Shown here: piece after piece, positions 26,805 to 35,752 of the stretch
Numbering within the stretch: the first letter of the stretch is position 1
Layout: the number at the start of each line of letters is the position of its first letter
NCBI GenBank assembly: GCA_943356485.1
Contig: CALRFD010000003.1
Location: forward strand, 7,702-71,701
Source of the DNA: Patescibacteria group bacterium
GTDB taxonomy: Bacteria; Patescibacteriota; Microgenomatia; Daviesbacterales; UBA10151
Direction: 5' to 3'
DNA: 64,000 nt
Program-made: the position numbers and the translations under genes
Notes under the pieces: generated by a model
Database searches by the model: none
What the model saw: the letters and a program-made list of their open reading frames with translations, nothing else
Told to the model about the DNA's origin: nothing

Positions 26805-29800
26805 ATGGCTGATAATAGCGGGGTAGAAAGAAATACCTATGAAGCAAGAAATTTATTGGCTCCCGGCAATCCAATTTCTCAACTTGTAGAAATACGGGAT
26901 TTAGGTACAGATAGATTTAGAGAGCAGTTTAAAGGTGAAGTTGTAGATGTTAAAAAAATAGGAGAAGTAGTTGCAATTTTAGAAAAGCAAAGTGATAAAT
27001 ATGAATTAGCTGTTTTCAATAAACAAGCTACACCGATAAGAGTTCCTCTTGATCCTACTGTAGTAGAAATTCTTGCTTCTTCCAGAGGAGATTATATAGA
27101 TGTTAGTTCTAAGCCTGATGTTTCTACAGAAAAATTGCAGAATATTTTAGGAAGGATGGGGTTTCACCTAAGAGATTTTAACCCGGTTGTAGAAACTTGG
27201 AGTGAATTATTCTTCAATTGTCGTTCGATTGGCTTCCCCGACCTTTATGTCAGGAGTCGTGTTTTAAATAGGGGAGCTAATATTAGTATACCAATGGGTG
27301 ATTGGAATCTGGAAGTAATGGAGGATCAAAATAAGCAGGCAACATTTGTTTTAGGAGTAGGTGGTAGCTATTTTGAAATGTACCCAAATGGACCGTTCAA
27401 AAAGCTTCCTCTTTCAGGGGAGGAGTTTGCGAAGCTAGAAGAGTTGGATAAAGATTTACCAGGAGATCTACAAATTGTGAAGGGTTATAATTTATTTCAT
27501 ATTACAAATAATACAGGACTCCAACAAGGATACTCTGGTTTGAGTCCTACTCAGGATCCCTCTAATCCTGGTATTTTATATTTTATAAATTCAGGTCAAG
27601 TTTACAGTTTGGATACTAAGGGTGTCCTGGATAGAACAACTTACCCTGTTTCTGAATCTCAGATTAAGATACAAGATCCTCAGGAGTTAGCGATTGATCC
27701 AAATGGGAATTTTTTAATTATTCGATCTTCTGATAATAAGCTGTCTATTGTCGATAAGGAAACAGGAGATATTGCCGAAGTTGTTGAAGATGTTAAAGGA
27801 TTTTTAACCGTTGATAAATTGGGGGGTATTGTTTACCTTGATACTCAAGATAAACTACGCGAAGTTCAGGCTAATTTTCAAACTATTCCTCCTGGAGGCA
27901 GTAAATTGCTACTAGAGAAAAAAGAGGCGCAGTTAAGAGAACAACAGGAAAGGTTTGCTAATTTAGAACTGGGAAAAGTAACGGGAAAAAGTCGGGCCGC
28001 AATATCAGAAGTAGATGTGGCTAATACTCTAAGAGAAACTATTTCAAGACAGGTTCTTGAACCTATCAATTCTGCAACAAATCCAGTAGTTTTAGAAGAT
28101 ATTTTAGATAGGCTGCAGGGATTAAAAGTAGATCCTGCCAATCAGGCATATCAGGAAGTTATTGATGAGTTTATTACTCAAGCAAGAGGTAAACTGAGTG
28201 GAATTAGAACTGCAGAATTTAGTACCCAACTTGACTCTTATAAACTGGCTTTAGATGAAGTTAAAAGCGTAGGTGATACTATTGGTTTGGATGAACAATT
28301 TGCCAGGATTTTAGAATTAAGGCAAAAACTTGATGTAGTTGATCCTCAACAAAGAAGAGAGGTTGAACAAAGATTGCGTACTCTTCAAACCCGGAAAGAC
28401 ACTTTGAATAATCAGTATCAGGGTGAGTTAATAGCAGCTGTAAACGAAGCTATACCTCAGATTGAACAACTGATAGAAGAAACCGGTTCGCCTCAGGAGC
28501 TTGCTTATTTTTCAACTTCAGTGCAAGCGCAACAGTTTGAAATGATGCTTGCCAATATTAGAGATCCACAAGTAAGAAAGGAGTTGCGTGATAAATATAG
28601 CGCAATGAGAACAAAGCAAAGAGGAAAATTAGAAGAGGGAAACAGACAGCTGGAAGAGCAGGACAGACAAAGATGGGCGCAAGTGGTAGATGAAGCCCGT
28701 GAGGATTTAGCTTCCTTGAGAGAACAGATTGAGCAATTATCAGACTCTGGTGAAGTAGACCGCTTTGGTAGAAATCCACTAGTAACAGCTTGGAGAGCTA
28801 AGCTTTTTGCCCTCCCTCCGGAATTAAGGGAAATAGAAGAAAAGAGATTAGAGATTATCCTAGGCGCCCGTAAAAAGGACATGGAGCATCGAAAAGAGTT
28901 AGGAGCGGTTGGTGAAACAGGGGAACTTAAGTTTGGAAATGCTACTTTTCCAATATTTAAAGAACCTCCAAGAATTTGGCAACCCAAGCTTTTACCAAGG
29001 CCAGGCGGTTTTGCGCAGTGGGCAGATTTAATATTTGAGGATTCTCAGGGAAAAATTTGGAGGCCGGCTAAGGATCACGATCTTATTGTCAGCACTGATT
29101 TAAATGATGAAAGGACCAGGATATTAATTGAGCAATATCATAAACAGGCGGATGAATATTTTAGAGGTATTAAAAGAAGAGTTCCTGAATTTGATGAGCA
29201 CTGGAGAATTACAGACTATAATATGGAAAAATTAGAAGAGGTGGTTGAAGCCTTAAATTTACAACTTGCCAACCATAGGGGAATTTTGATTATGCAGGGT
29301 GAGGCTGGTACAGGAAAAAATGTATTAGTGGATATGTTGGCTAATCTGTCTGATCGGGAAGTTATAACTGTTGCCTGTAATGAAAACAGTACGAAGGAAG
29401 ATCTAACATACGATTTTGATTATGATCCAAAAACGGGCACTGTCAGATGGCCTTCACGGCTTTTAGAAGGTTTACAAACTCCTGGCACAATTATCCTTTT
29501 TGATGAAATTAATGCTCTTAAACCAGGCATTTCGAAAATGTTAAATTCACTTTTCGATTATAGGAGAAGATTACTCTTTACCTCAGGAGGAACAGCAAAA
29601 GAAATTATTACTGATCCTACGGTTCTTTTCCTGGGTACTATGAATCCACAGAATTATGGTGGAGTAAACAGGTTATCCCCTGAAGTAAAATCCAGAGCCA
29701 GAGTAGTTGATATTGACTATCCGCCATTTGAGGTGGCAAGAAATGGGAGAACATATTACAGGAGTGATGAAGCAGAAATGTTAGCGGCTTATATGGATGG

Positions 29801-30167
29801 CCTCTCTGATTTTAAGCAGCCAGAAGTTAGGCAAATCTGGCATTACTTAATAAATAGAGATACGACAAATGGAGCAGACAGGATGCTATCGGGTAATCCT
29901 CAGATAGAAACAGATGTAAGGCGAGTATATGATGTCATAAGAGTGGCTAATAGACTTAGGGAGATGTATACCGCTTACCAAGTTGGTGATTCAAATGAAC
30001 CAATGGATTTTCCAACATCCTTGCGGGAAGTAACTGATATTGTTATGGAAATGAACCACCGCCAGGGTGTCAAACCAATGATTAAAAGGGTTATTGTTCC
30101 AAAGATAGATGATAGAAGGCAGAAAAAATTAGTTGAGCAAACCATAGATGCAGTTCTACCGGCTTAG
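26805..30167 (+). CDS. Giant MoxR-like AAA+ ATPase (AAA_5-type) with a roughly 800-aa N-terminal beta-rich plus coiled-coil extension
   Basis: Walker A GEAGTGKN, Walker B IILFDEIN, sensor-1 LGTMNPQN, MoxR-like LSPEVKSRARVV. Residues about 100-330 are beta-strand-like repeats and about 360-800 are heptad-rich. Confidence 0.7.
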   Translation: MADNSGVERNTYEARNLLAPGNPISQLVEIRDLGTDRFREQFKGEVVDVKKIGEVVAILEKQSDKYELAVFNKQATPIRVPLDPTVVEILASSRGDYIDVSSKPDVSTEKLQNILGRMGFHLRDFNPVVETWSELFFNCRSIGFPDLYVRSRVLNRGANISIPMGDWNLEVMEDQNKQATFVLGVGGSYFEMYPNGPFKKLPLSGEEFAKLEELDKDLPGDLQIVKGYNLFHITNNTGLQQGYSGLSPTQDPSNPGILYFINSGQVYSLDTKGVLDRTTYPVSESQIKIQDPQELAIDPNGNFLIIRSSDNKLSIVDKETGDIAEVVEDVKGFLTVDKLGGIVYLDTQDKLREVQANFQTIPPGGSKLLLEKKEAQLREQQERFANLELGKVTGKSRAAISEVDVANTLRETISRQVLEPINSATNPVVLEDILDRLQGLKVDPANQAYQEVIDEFITQARGKLSGIRTAEFSTQLDSYKLALDEVKSVGDTIGLDEQFARILELRQKLDVVDPQQRREVEQRLRTLQTRKDTLNNQYQGELIAAVNEAIPQIEQLIEETGSPQELAYFSTSVQAQQFEMMLANIRDPQVRKELRDKYSAMRTKQRGKLEEGNRQLEEQDRQRWAQVVDEAREDLASLREQIEQLSDSGEVDRFGRNPLVTAWRAKLFALPPELREIEEKRLEIILGARKKDMEHRKELGAVGETGELKFGNATFPIFKEPPRIWQPKLLPRPGGFAQWADLIFEDSQGKIWRPAKDHDLIVSTDLNDERTRILIEQYHKQADEYFRGIKRRVPEFDEHWRITDYNMEKLEEVVEALNLQLANHRGILIMQGEAGTGKNVLVDMLANLSDREVITVACNENSTKEDLTYDFDYDPKTGTVRWPSRLLEGLQTPGTIILFDEINALKPGISKMLNSLFDYRRRLLFTSGGTAKEIITDPTVLFLGTMNPQNYGGVNRLSPEVKSRARVVDIDYPPFEVARNGRTYYRSDEAEMLAAYMDGLSDFKQPEVRQIWHYLINRDTTNGADRMLSGNPQIETDVRRVYDVIRVANRLREMYTAYQVGDSNEPMDFPTSLREVTDIVMEMNHRQGVKPMIKRVIVPKIDDRRQKKLVEQTIDAVLPA

Positions 30168-30478
30168 TCAAGCAAATCTGTTTTTTGCTCTGTTAAATAA
30201 GGCCTTAGTTCCTCGAGGGGTAATCTGGAAAGGGTGGCACAAATCTGGTCGATAGAAACAATTTTGTCCAGAATGAAAACCTTATCATCTAATCTGGTAG
30301 GATCATCGTCTGTTAATACTCTGTTATGATCAACAACGCTCTGAAGGAATTCAACTGTGCCAACAGTTATTACATATGGCTTATCGCCGCGCACTAAGTG
30401 GATATCCTGGGCTATCACCGCTAGGTTTTGATCCTTGATTTCACCTATTAAATAACAAGACTGATCTGCTTCTTTCAT
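30164..30478 (-). CDS. Hypothetical protein (104 aa), translationally coupled to the upstream 286-aa ORF
   Basis: ATGA start/stop overlap with 30475-31335. Confidence 0.4.
   Translation of the reverse strand: MKEADQSCYLIGEIKDQNLAVIAQDIHLVRGDKPYVITVGTVEFLQSVVDHNRVLTDDDPTRLDDKVFILDKIVSIDQICATLSRLPLEELRPYLTEQKTDLLD
30181..30201 (+). repeat. 21-bp direct repeat TTTTTTGCTCTGTTAAATAAG, copy 2 (encodes the C-terminus YLTEQK of the minus-strand 104-aa ORF)
   Basis: Perfect match to 24310-24330. Confidence 0.9.
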
Positions 30479-31335
30479 AATCTGCTTTTTCCTTTGATAA
30501 TAGACCTGGGTTGGGTTGTCAAAACTGCTAACACCTCATCCTGTTTCGCTTTATCACAAACTGCGATCCGTATTATAACAGGAGTGTCGTTAACTCTGCC
30601 AAATTCTATAAAATAGACTCGTTGTCCGGCAACATTACCCAGATAGCAGATCGGTCTGTTTGTAATTTGATTTTTTATTGTTTTAATAAAGCTTGATTTT
30701 CTTTTAATAAAATCAGGTAGATAGGTATAAAGTAAAGTATCTGCATGTTTGTTTTGCTCCCTGGTTAATTGGGCTGCGACTTGCGCTAGCTTGCCCCTTA
30801 CAATGCTGCCATAATAAAATTTCTGTCCTTCTGTATCAGATAATGTAACCATTGCCAAAGGGATCTCCTCTGTTTTTTTTAACCATGGCAAATCCATATT
30901 ACTTATCAAAAGCCTTTGATCAGACATTCTGGTTTCCTTAAAACCTGAAGGCAGGCCTTTTTTAAACTCAGCCCGGCTTCTCTTTTTGGATAAATCATCA
31001 GGTTCAGCAACTTTTTGAACGGATTCCTCAACTGTAGGTTGAATTGATGGTTTCGGGGCTACCGGCTTTTCAATTACTGTGACTGGCACGCTTTCGTTTT
31101 TTTGCTGACTACTCTCCCGGGTATCTTCAACCAGTCTACCGGCTAATGATCTCTCAAGTGCCCCTATTGCGAGTCTTCTTTCAGCTAACTCGCGTACCCT
31201 TTTTTGTTCGGAGGTTTCCTTTATAACCTGCTTTGGTTGCCTTGGCTCATCCGGCATCTTGTCTAAAATGGCTCTTATAGTAAAAGATCCTGCGCTAGGT
31301 TTTCCTGGATTCCCGCCTTCTCTCTGCTCACTCAT
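30475..31335 (-). CDS. Hypothetical protein (286 aa) with a Pro/Glu/Lys-rich N-terminal half and a globular C-terminal half
   Basis: ORF with clear low-complexity and globular partitions. No motifs recognised. Confidence 0.4.
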   Translation of the reverse strand: MSEQREGGNPGKPSAGSFTIRAILDKMPDEPRQPKQVIKETSEQKRVRELAERRLAIGALERSLAGRLVEDTRESSQQKNESVPVTVIEKPVAPKPSIQPTVEESVQKVAEPDDLSKKRSRAEFKKGLPSGFKETRMSDQRLLISNMDLPWLKKTEEIPLAMVTLSDTEGQKFYYGSIVRGKLAQVAAQLTREQNKHADTLLYTYLPDFIKRKSSFIKTIKNQITNRPICYLGNVAGQRVYFIEFGRVNDTPVIIRIAVCDKAKQDEVLAVLTTQPRSIIKGKSRL

Positions 31336-31361
31336 AAAAATATTATAGCATCTTTTATACA

Positions 31362-31412
31362 GGGATCTAATCTCCCTAGGTGTCCTAAATTCTACACCCC
31401 CCAGGTGAGCTT
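31362..31412 (+). repeat. REP-like family 2 copy
   Basis: GGGATCTAATCTCCCTAGGTGTCCTAAATTCTACACCCCCCAGGTGAGCTTA. Confidence 0.7.
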
Positions 31413-31587
31413 ACAGGTGAGATTAGTCTTGCAAATGCCTTGCGGCCTCACAGGGCGATTTAGAACTTTTATACTGCCACAAAAGTTTTAGTCCAATACT
31501 CTGTATAGGCAGGCCACATAGGTAACACTTATGCCTAAACGTATATATGGCCTGGCTACATATAAAACAGTAAATTTTTGGAACGTC

Positions 31588-31596
31588 TGGTATAAT
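31588..31596 (+). promoter_or_regulatory. Extended -10 element TGGTATAAT upstream of the 31614 ORF
   Basis: TGnTATAAT match 18 nt before the start codon. Confidence 0.3.
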
Positions 31597-31613
31597 TAGC
31601 CAAATAATATATT

Positions 31614-32570
31614 ATGGTTGAGCACAAAGATCCGCAATTTACAGAACCAAATTTAGAAAAACTTCTAGGTTCAAATTCAACCTTGAAGCTGGCATGTTTT
31701 ATAGAAGATTATGTAAGTAATACAGGGCGAGACCTGTTAACGAGTGGTAAATATACATATCCTTCTAAGGATGTTCACCCAATATATCGGCTTCAAAAAT
31801 GGGCGGAATCAGTTGATAGAAAAATAGTTGCCTATTCCGCTACTTTTAAACCTAAAGACGAGGTTTCAGTTATAGCAATGGTTAATGAGATGGTAAAAGC
31901 AGGAAAGCTTAGTCAAAATTTACCTTTTCTGAGTGATCGGTATCCTCCTGGTTTATTTCCCGCTGATCATTATCGTTGGGAGCTAATTAGTAGTCTATTT
32001 GGTATTGATACAACAATTCTTGCAAAAAGGCGGCCAACATATCCAGGGACGAATAATACATTAGTAGAGTTAAATCTCCCAAGCTATTATAAAATGGAGA
32101 ATACGGAAACGACTGCGGATGTAATGCTTAAACTCATAAGAGATGCGTTATCTGGCAAAGGTTCTGTTGTAGAGCTAAGAGATGAATATCCTAGTATACA
32201 AAGGACTCATATAGCTGCACCTACAGCTTTAGAAAATGTTTTTGCAATTATCCGCACTACTCATTCTAATATAGATATAGATAGATCTGGGTTGCGAACA
32301 GGATATCCTTCAATAGAGAGTCTGGACCTACATTTAGGAGTAGCCTTTCTTGCAGCGGTAAGACCTTTAACCGCTGAGCAATATGAAAAATATGTTCCGA
32401 GCGGAATAAAAAGAGACGAATCAGCGACAACATTTGACTTTCGTGATCATCAGTTAATGCGAGATAAAGAAAGAAGACAATCAGCAAGAGCTAGGCAAGA
32501 AAAATTTGATTATTTAATTAAAAAGTGGTTGGATGAATTTCCCAATGGAAGCCTTCCTCCTGTGATTTGA
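31614..32570 (+). CDS. Hypothetical protein (318 aa)
   Basis: ORF lying between a REP copy and tRNA-Arg. Confidence 0.4.
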   Translation: MVEHKDPQFTEPNLEKLLGSNSTLKLACFIEDYVSNTGRDLLTSGKYTYPSKDVHPIYRLQKWAESVDRKIVAYSATFKPKDEVSVIAMVNEMVKAGKLSQNLPFLSDRYPPGLFPADHYRWELISSLFGIDTTILAKRRPTYPGTNNTLVELNLPSYYKMENTETTADVMLKLIRDALSGKGSVVELRDEYPSIQRTHIAAPTALENVFAIIRTTHSNIDIDRSGLRTGYPSIESLDLHLGVAFLAAVRPLTAEQYEKYVPSGIKRDESATTFDFRDHQLMRDKERRQSARARQEKFDYLIKKWLDEFPNGSLPPVI

Positions 32571-32641
32571 TGGAGCATCTTTAGTGAAACTAAAAGGATG
32601 GGCTATTTTTTAAGTAAGCATCAGAGGAAACTGAAATTTGC

Positions 32642-32715
32642 GCCCCTGGAGGGACTTGAACCCCCAAAACCTCTTCGTCCGAAGCGAAGCGCTCTATCCA
32701 TTGAGCTACAGGGGC
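32642..32715 (-). tRNA. tRNA-Arg (anticodon TCG)
   Basis: Reverse complement reads GCCCCTGTAGCTCAATGGATAGAGCGCTTCGCTTCGGACGAAGAGG...GGTTCAAGTCCCTCCAGGGGCG. Acceptor GCCCCTG/CAGGGGC. Anticodon stem CTTCG/CGAAG with loop CTTCGGA. Confidence 0.8.
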
Positions 32716-33140
32716 ATAATTTTCTTATGCCAACCAAATTGTATCGATGTTTTACGGCGATGACAATTTGCGCATCTTACCTGGCATTTTTCTATTTCCT
32801 TTTTAACATCTAACAATTTTTTATCCCTTCCGACTGAAGAGATTGTAAAAGTCTTGTCCCTTATATGATCAAATTCTAATACAATTGGATCTTTTTCTCC
32901 ACAATCAACACAAGAATGACTAGATAAATAACTCCAAATATATATTTTAATCTCCCTTCTAATCATTTGATTTCTTCTTTGAGCCTTTTGCAAATAATAT
33001 TCTCTATTTTTTTCGTAGTGTGAGCGTATATATAGTCGGCTGCAATCCTTGCAGTGATATTGTCTTAATCCTTTTGATTGGTTTTTAAAATTGAACTCAG
33101 TTATAGATTTTTGTTTTCTACAGCGACTGCATCTTCTCAT
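32706..33140 (-). CDS. HNH endonuclease-family protein with Zn-ribbon
   Basis: CSRC...CKDC Zn-ribbon, then VLEFDHIRDK ... CANCHRRKT (H-N-H). The 3' end abuts or overlaps the tRNA-Arg 5' end by about 10 nt. Confidence 0.55.
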   Translation of the reverse strand: MRRCSRCRKQKSITEFNFKNQSKGLRQYHCKDCSRLYIRSHYEKNREYYLQKAQRRNQMIRREIKIYIWSYLSSHSCVDCGEKDPIVLEFDHIRDKTFTISSVGRDKKLLDVKKEIEKCQVRCANCHRRKTSIQFGWHKKIMPL

Positions 33141-33193
33141 CCTCTAACTTTAACTAAGCTGTACCTTGAAATCAAGAAAGCCTCCGAAGCTTA

Positions 33194-34021
33194 CTACGCC
33201 TTGTTTTGTTTAATTAATTCCAGACCCCCATACAACCCGCTCTCGCCTAAACTGGATGTTAGAATCTTTGGAGCGGTTGGGAATATCTTAAGCAGGTCGG
33301 AAACGTATCCGATAACTTTATCCATCGGAATACTTTTTGTAACACTCCCGCCTAAAATTATAACCTCAGGTGACCAATGCACAATTGTATTATGTAAACC
33401 TAAGCTTAAGTTATATGCAACATGATTCCAAATTTCAGGGTCAGCTATCTTACTTGCCGCTTTATGATACTTTCTTTCTAAATAATAACCACCAATTAAG
33501 GTTTCTAAATGCCCTTTTCCTCCGCAATTGCAATCCTCGCCATCAGGTAGGATTATTTGATGTCCGGCTTCAAAGCCTTGCGTATTTCTATCAATCCTCC
33601 CATCCACAATTCTAACACTGCCTACTCCTGTGCCTATTGCCAGGTATGCAACAATCCTAAAGCCTTTGCCTGCTCCTAAAACCGCCTCACCCAACCCCCC
33701 TAGCGCAACATCATTTTCTAAAAAAACCGGTGCCTTAAAAAGATTTTCTAACTCTTTTTTTAAAGGCTTATTAATCCAGCCGTCAATATGTGGACTTTTA
33801 ACCAGCATGGTTTTTTCTTTATCAATTGGCCCGGCAACTCCTCCGGCAACTGCTATAATTTTTTCTCCGCCTGAGAGCTCATCTGCCAGTTGCTTAATAT
33901 TTTGAATACCTGTCTCAAAGTCCTGGGGAGTGGGGACAATTTTTATTTGATCAATAGTTTCGCCGTCCTTGGAGACAGCCAGCCTCATATTTGTCCCGCC
34001 AATATCAAAACTTAAGTACAT
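33194..34021 (-). CDS. ROK-family sugar kinase (glucokinase-like)
   Basis: N-terminal FDIGGTNMRLAV. ROK Zn motif CNCGGKGHLE. Confidence 0.8.
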   Translation of the reverse strand: MYLSFDIGGTNMRLAVSKDGETIDQIKIVPTPQDFETGIQNIKQLADELSGGEKIIAVAGGVAGPIDKEKTMLVKSPHIDGWINKPLKKELENLFKAPVFLENDVALGGLGEAVLGAGKGFRIVAYLAIGTGVGSVRIVDGRIDRNTQGFEAGHQIILPDGEDCNCGGKGHLETLIGGYYLERKYHKAASKIADPEIWNHVAYNLSLGLHNTIVHWSPEVIILGGSVTKSIPMDKVIGYVSDLLKIFPTAPKILTSSLGESGLYGGLELIKQNKA

Positions 34022-34064
34022 ATGAATTTACAATGTACAATTTACAATGTAGAATTACAATAGA

Positions 34065-34997
34065 ATGAAAATAGGATATATTGGCCTAGGCCGCATGGGG
34101 AAAAATATGGTTCTACGTCTTTTAGAACAAGGGATTGAGGTGGTAGCCTTTAACAGATCGCCTGATCCGGTTAAGGAAGTAGTTGCAAAAGGGGTAATCG
34201 GGGCAGAAAATATTGAGAATCTGGTTTCAAAACTAGACGAGCCAAGAATTATCTGGTTAATGCTTCCTGCGGGTGAGGTAACAGATGAGTATATTGAAAA
34301 ATTACTGCCTTTGCTCAGTCCGGGCGATTTGATCATAGACGGGGCTAATTCTTTTTATAAAGACACTTTAAGAAGAAACAGTTTAATTACCTCCAAAGGT
34401 ATCCACTTTATGGATATCGGTGTTTCAGGAGGCCCCAGAGGTGCTAGAGAAGGTGCTTGTTTGATGATTGGCGGCGGCGAAGAAGACTTTCAAAAGATAG
34501 AGGAGTTGGCAAGGGCTGCATCAGCGCCTCATTCGTACCAACATTTAGGAGCAATCGGGGCAGGACATTTTGCCAAAATGGTACATAACGGTATTGAGTA
34601 TGGGATGATGGAGGCAATAGGAGAAGGGTTGGCTATCTTAAAAGGTTCAGATTATAGATATGATTTTGTAAAACTATTGGATTTGTATAACCATGGATCG
34701 GTTGTTGAGTCGAGATTAATTGGTTGGGCGATGGAAGCATTTAAAGAAGATGCGGATTTATCAGATACCTCACCCATAATTGGTTCAGGCGGAGCTGGAA
34801 AGGAAAAAGTCAAAGCAGAAGGGGATTGGACCCTGCAGCTAGCTTTGGAGATGGGAATAAGCGCGCCGGCTTTGCAGGGAGCAGTTGACGTGCGTCATAA
34901 CTCATCCAAAGACAGTGAGGAATCAGCTAATGGTTTTAGAAATAAGGTGATCTCTGCTATGCGCGGTCAATTCGGCCAGCATGCAGTTAAAAAATAA
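34065..34997 (+). CDS. gnd: 6-phosphogluconate dehydrogenase (decarboxylating)-like, short form
   Basis: N-terminal Rossmann MKIGYIGLGRMGKNM. 310 aa, typical of YqeC/Gnd-like short 6PGDH. Confidence 0.75.
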   Translation: MKIGYIGLGRMGKNMVLRLLEQGIEVVAFNRSPDPVKEVVAKGVIGAENIENLVSKLDEPRIIWLMLPAGEVTDEYIEKLLPLLSPGDLIIDGANSFYKDTLRRNSLITSKGIHFMDIGVSGGPRGAREGACLMIGGGEEDFQKIEELARAASAPHSYQHLGAIGAGHFAKMVHNGIEYGMMEAIGEGLAILKGSDYRYDFVKLLDLYNHGSVVESRLIGWAMEAFKEDADLSDTSPIIGSGGAGKEKVKAEGDWTLQLALEMGISAPALQGAVDVRHNSSKDSEESANGFRNKVISAMRGQFGQHAVKK

Positions 34998-35012
34998 ATC
35001 CCTTCATTCCCG

Positions 35013-35732
35013 CTATTTATCCGGAGTTTCATTTTTGTGTTTTTTCCAATAATCCATCGATTTGAGTAAAAAAATATCCGGGTCTAGTTCTTCACCGTAC
35101 ATTCGATGGAAAAGGGTTGATTTCTTCCCTCGAATTGCTGCCGCTCTTCTTAGGCTAATCGGCGGGGCTGGCGTTTCTTCTATTTCCGCAGGTTCGATTC
35201 TTTCTTTTTTAACCGGGAATACCCACTGACGTACATCAAGTCCAAACTCTTTTCTGTCTGTTTCACTAAATGAGTTAAATCTTAATACTGCCAGATCAGT
35301 TAAAAAAGCATGGATCCTATTCCAGGGTTTACCTCTAAAATTCCAACTCCTTAGGTCTTCCTGAAAAAGTGTTATGGCTAAAACATCCTCGGAAGCCCTG
35401 GCTGTCCTGGTTCTGGGGATTTCCAAATTTAAAGCTCTTATTTCCCCAAGGACAGTACCCTTTCCGCCAATTCTGGCTTGTATCTCTTCAGCTGCAAACC
35501 TTCCGGCTTTTATGATATCTACAGATCCTTTAATAAAAACAAAAAGTTTATTGTCATCAGATCCTTGCGCACCCTGTTTAACTAAATCAACCCCTTCCCT
35601 AAACAATACTCTTCTGATGCCTCTTCCATACTCTTCATAAATTGCCTCATAGAACTCCTCAGGAAGCCTGGCAGAAGTATTTAACTCTACTCCATATTTA
35701 TTATCGCTATTTTTTGATTCCGGGTTAGCCAT
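35013..35732 (-). CDS. Hypothetical protein (239 aa) between gnd-like and zwf
   Basis: ORF with no recognised motifs. Confidence 0.3.
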   Translation of the reverse strand: MANPESKNSDNKYGVELNTSARLPEEFYEAIYEEYGRGIRRVLFREGVDLVKQGAQGSDDNKLFVFIKGSVDIIKAGRFAAEEIQARIGGKGTVLGEIRALNLEIPRTRTARASEDVLAITLFQEDLRSWNFRGKPWNRIHAFLTDLAVLRFNSFSETDRKEFGLDVRQWVFPVKKERIEPAEIEETPAPPISLRRAAAIRGKKSTLFHRMYGEELDPDIFLLKSMDYWKKHKNETPDK

Positions 35733-35752
35733 ATTACTATTTTATCATAAAA

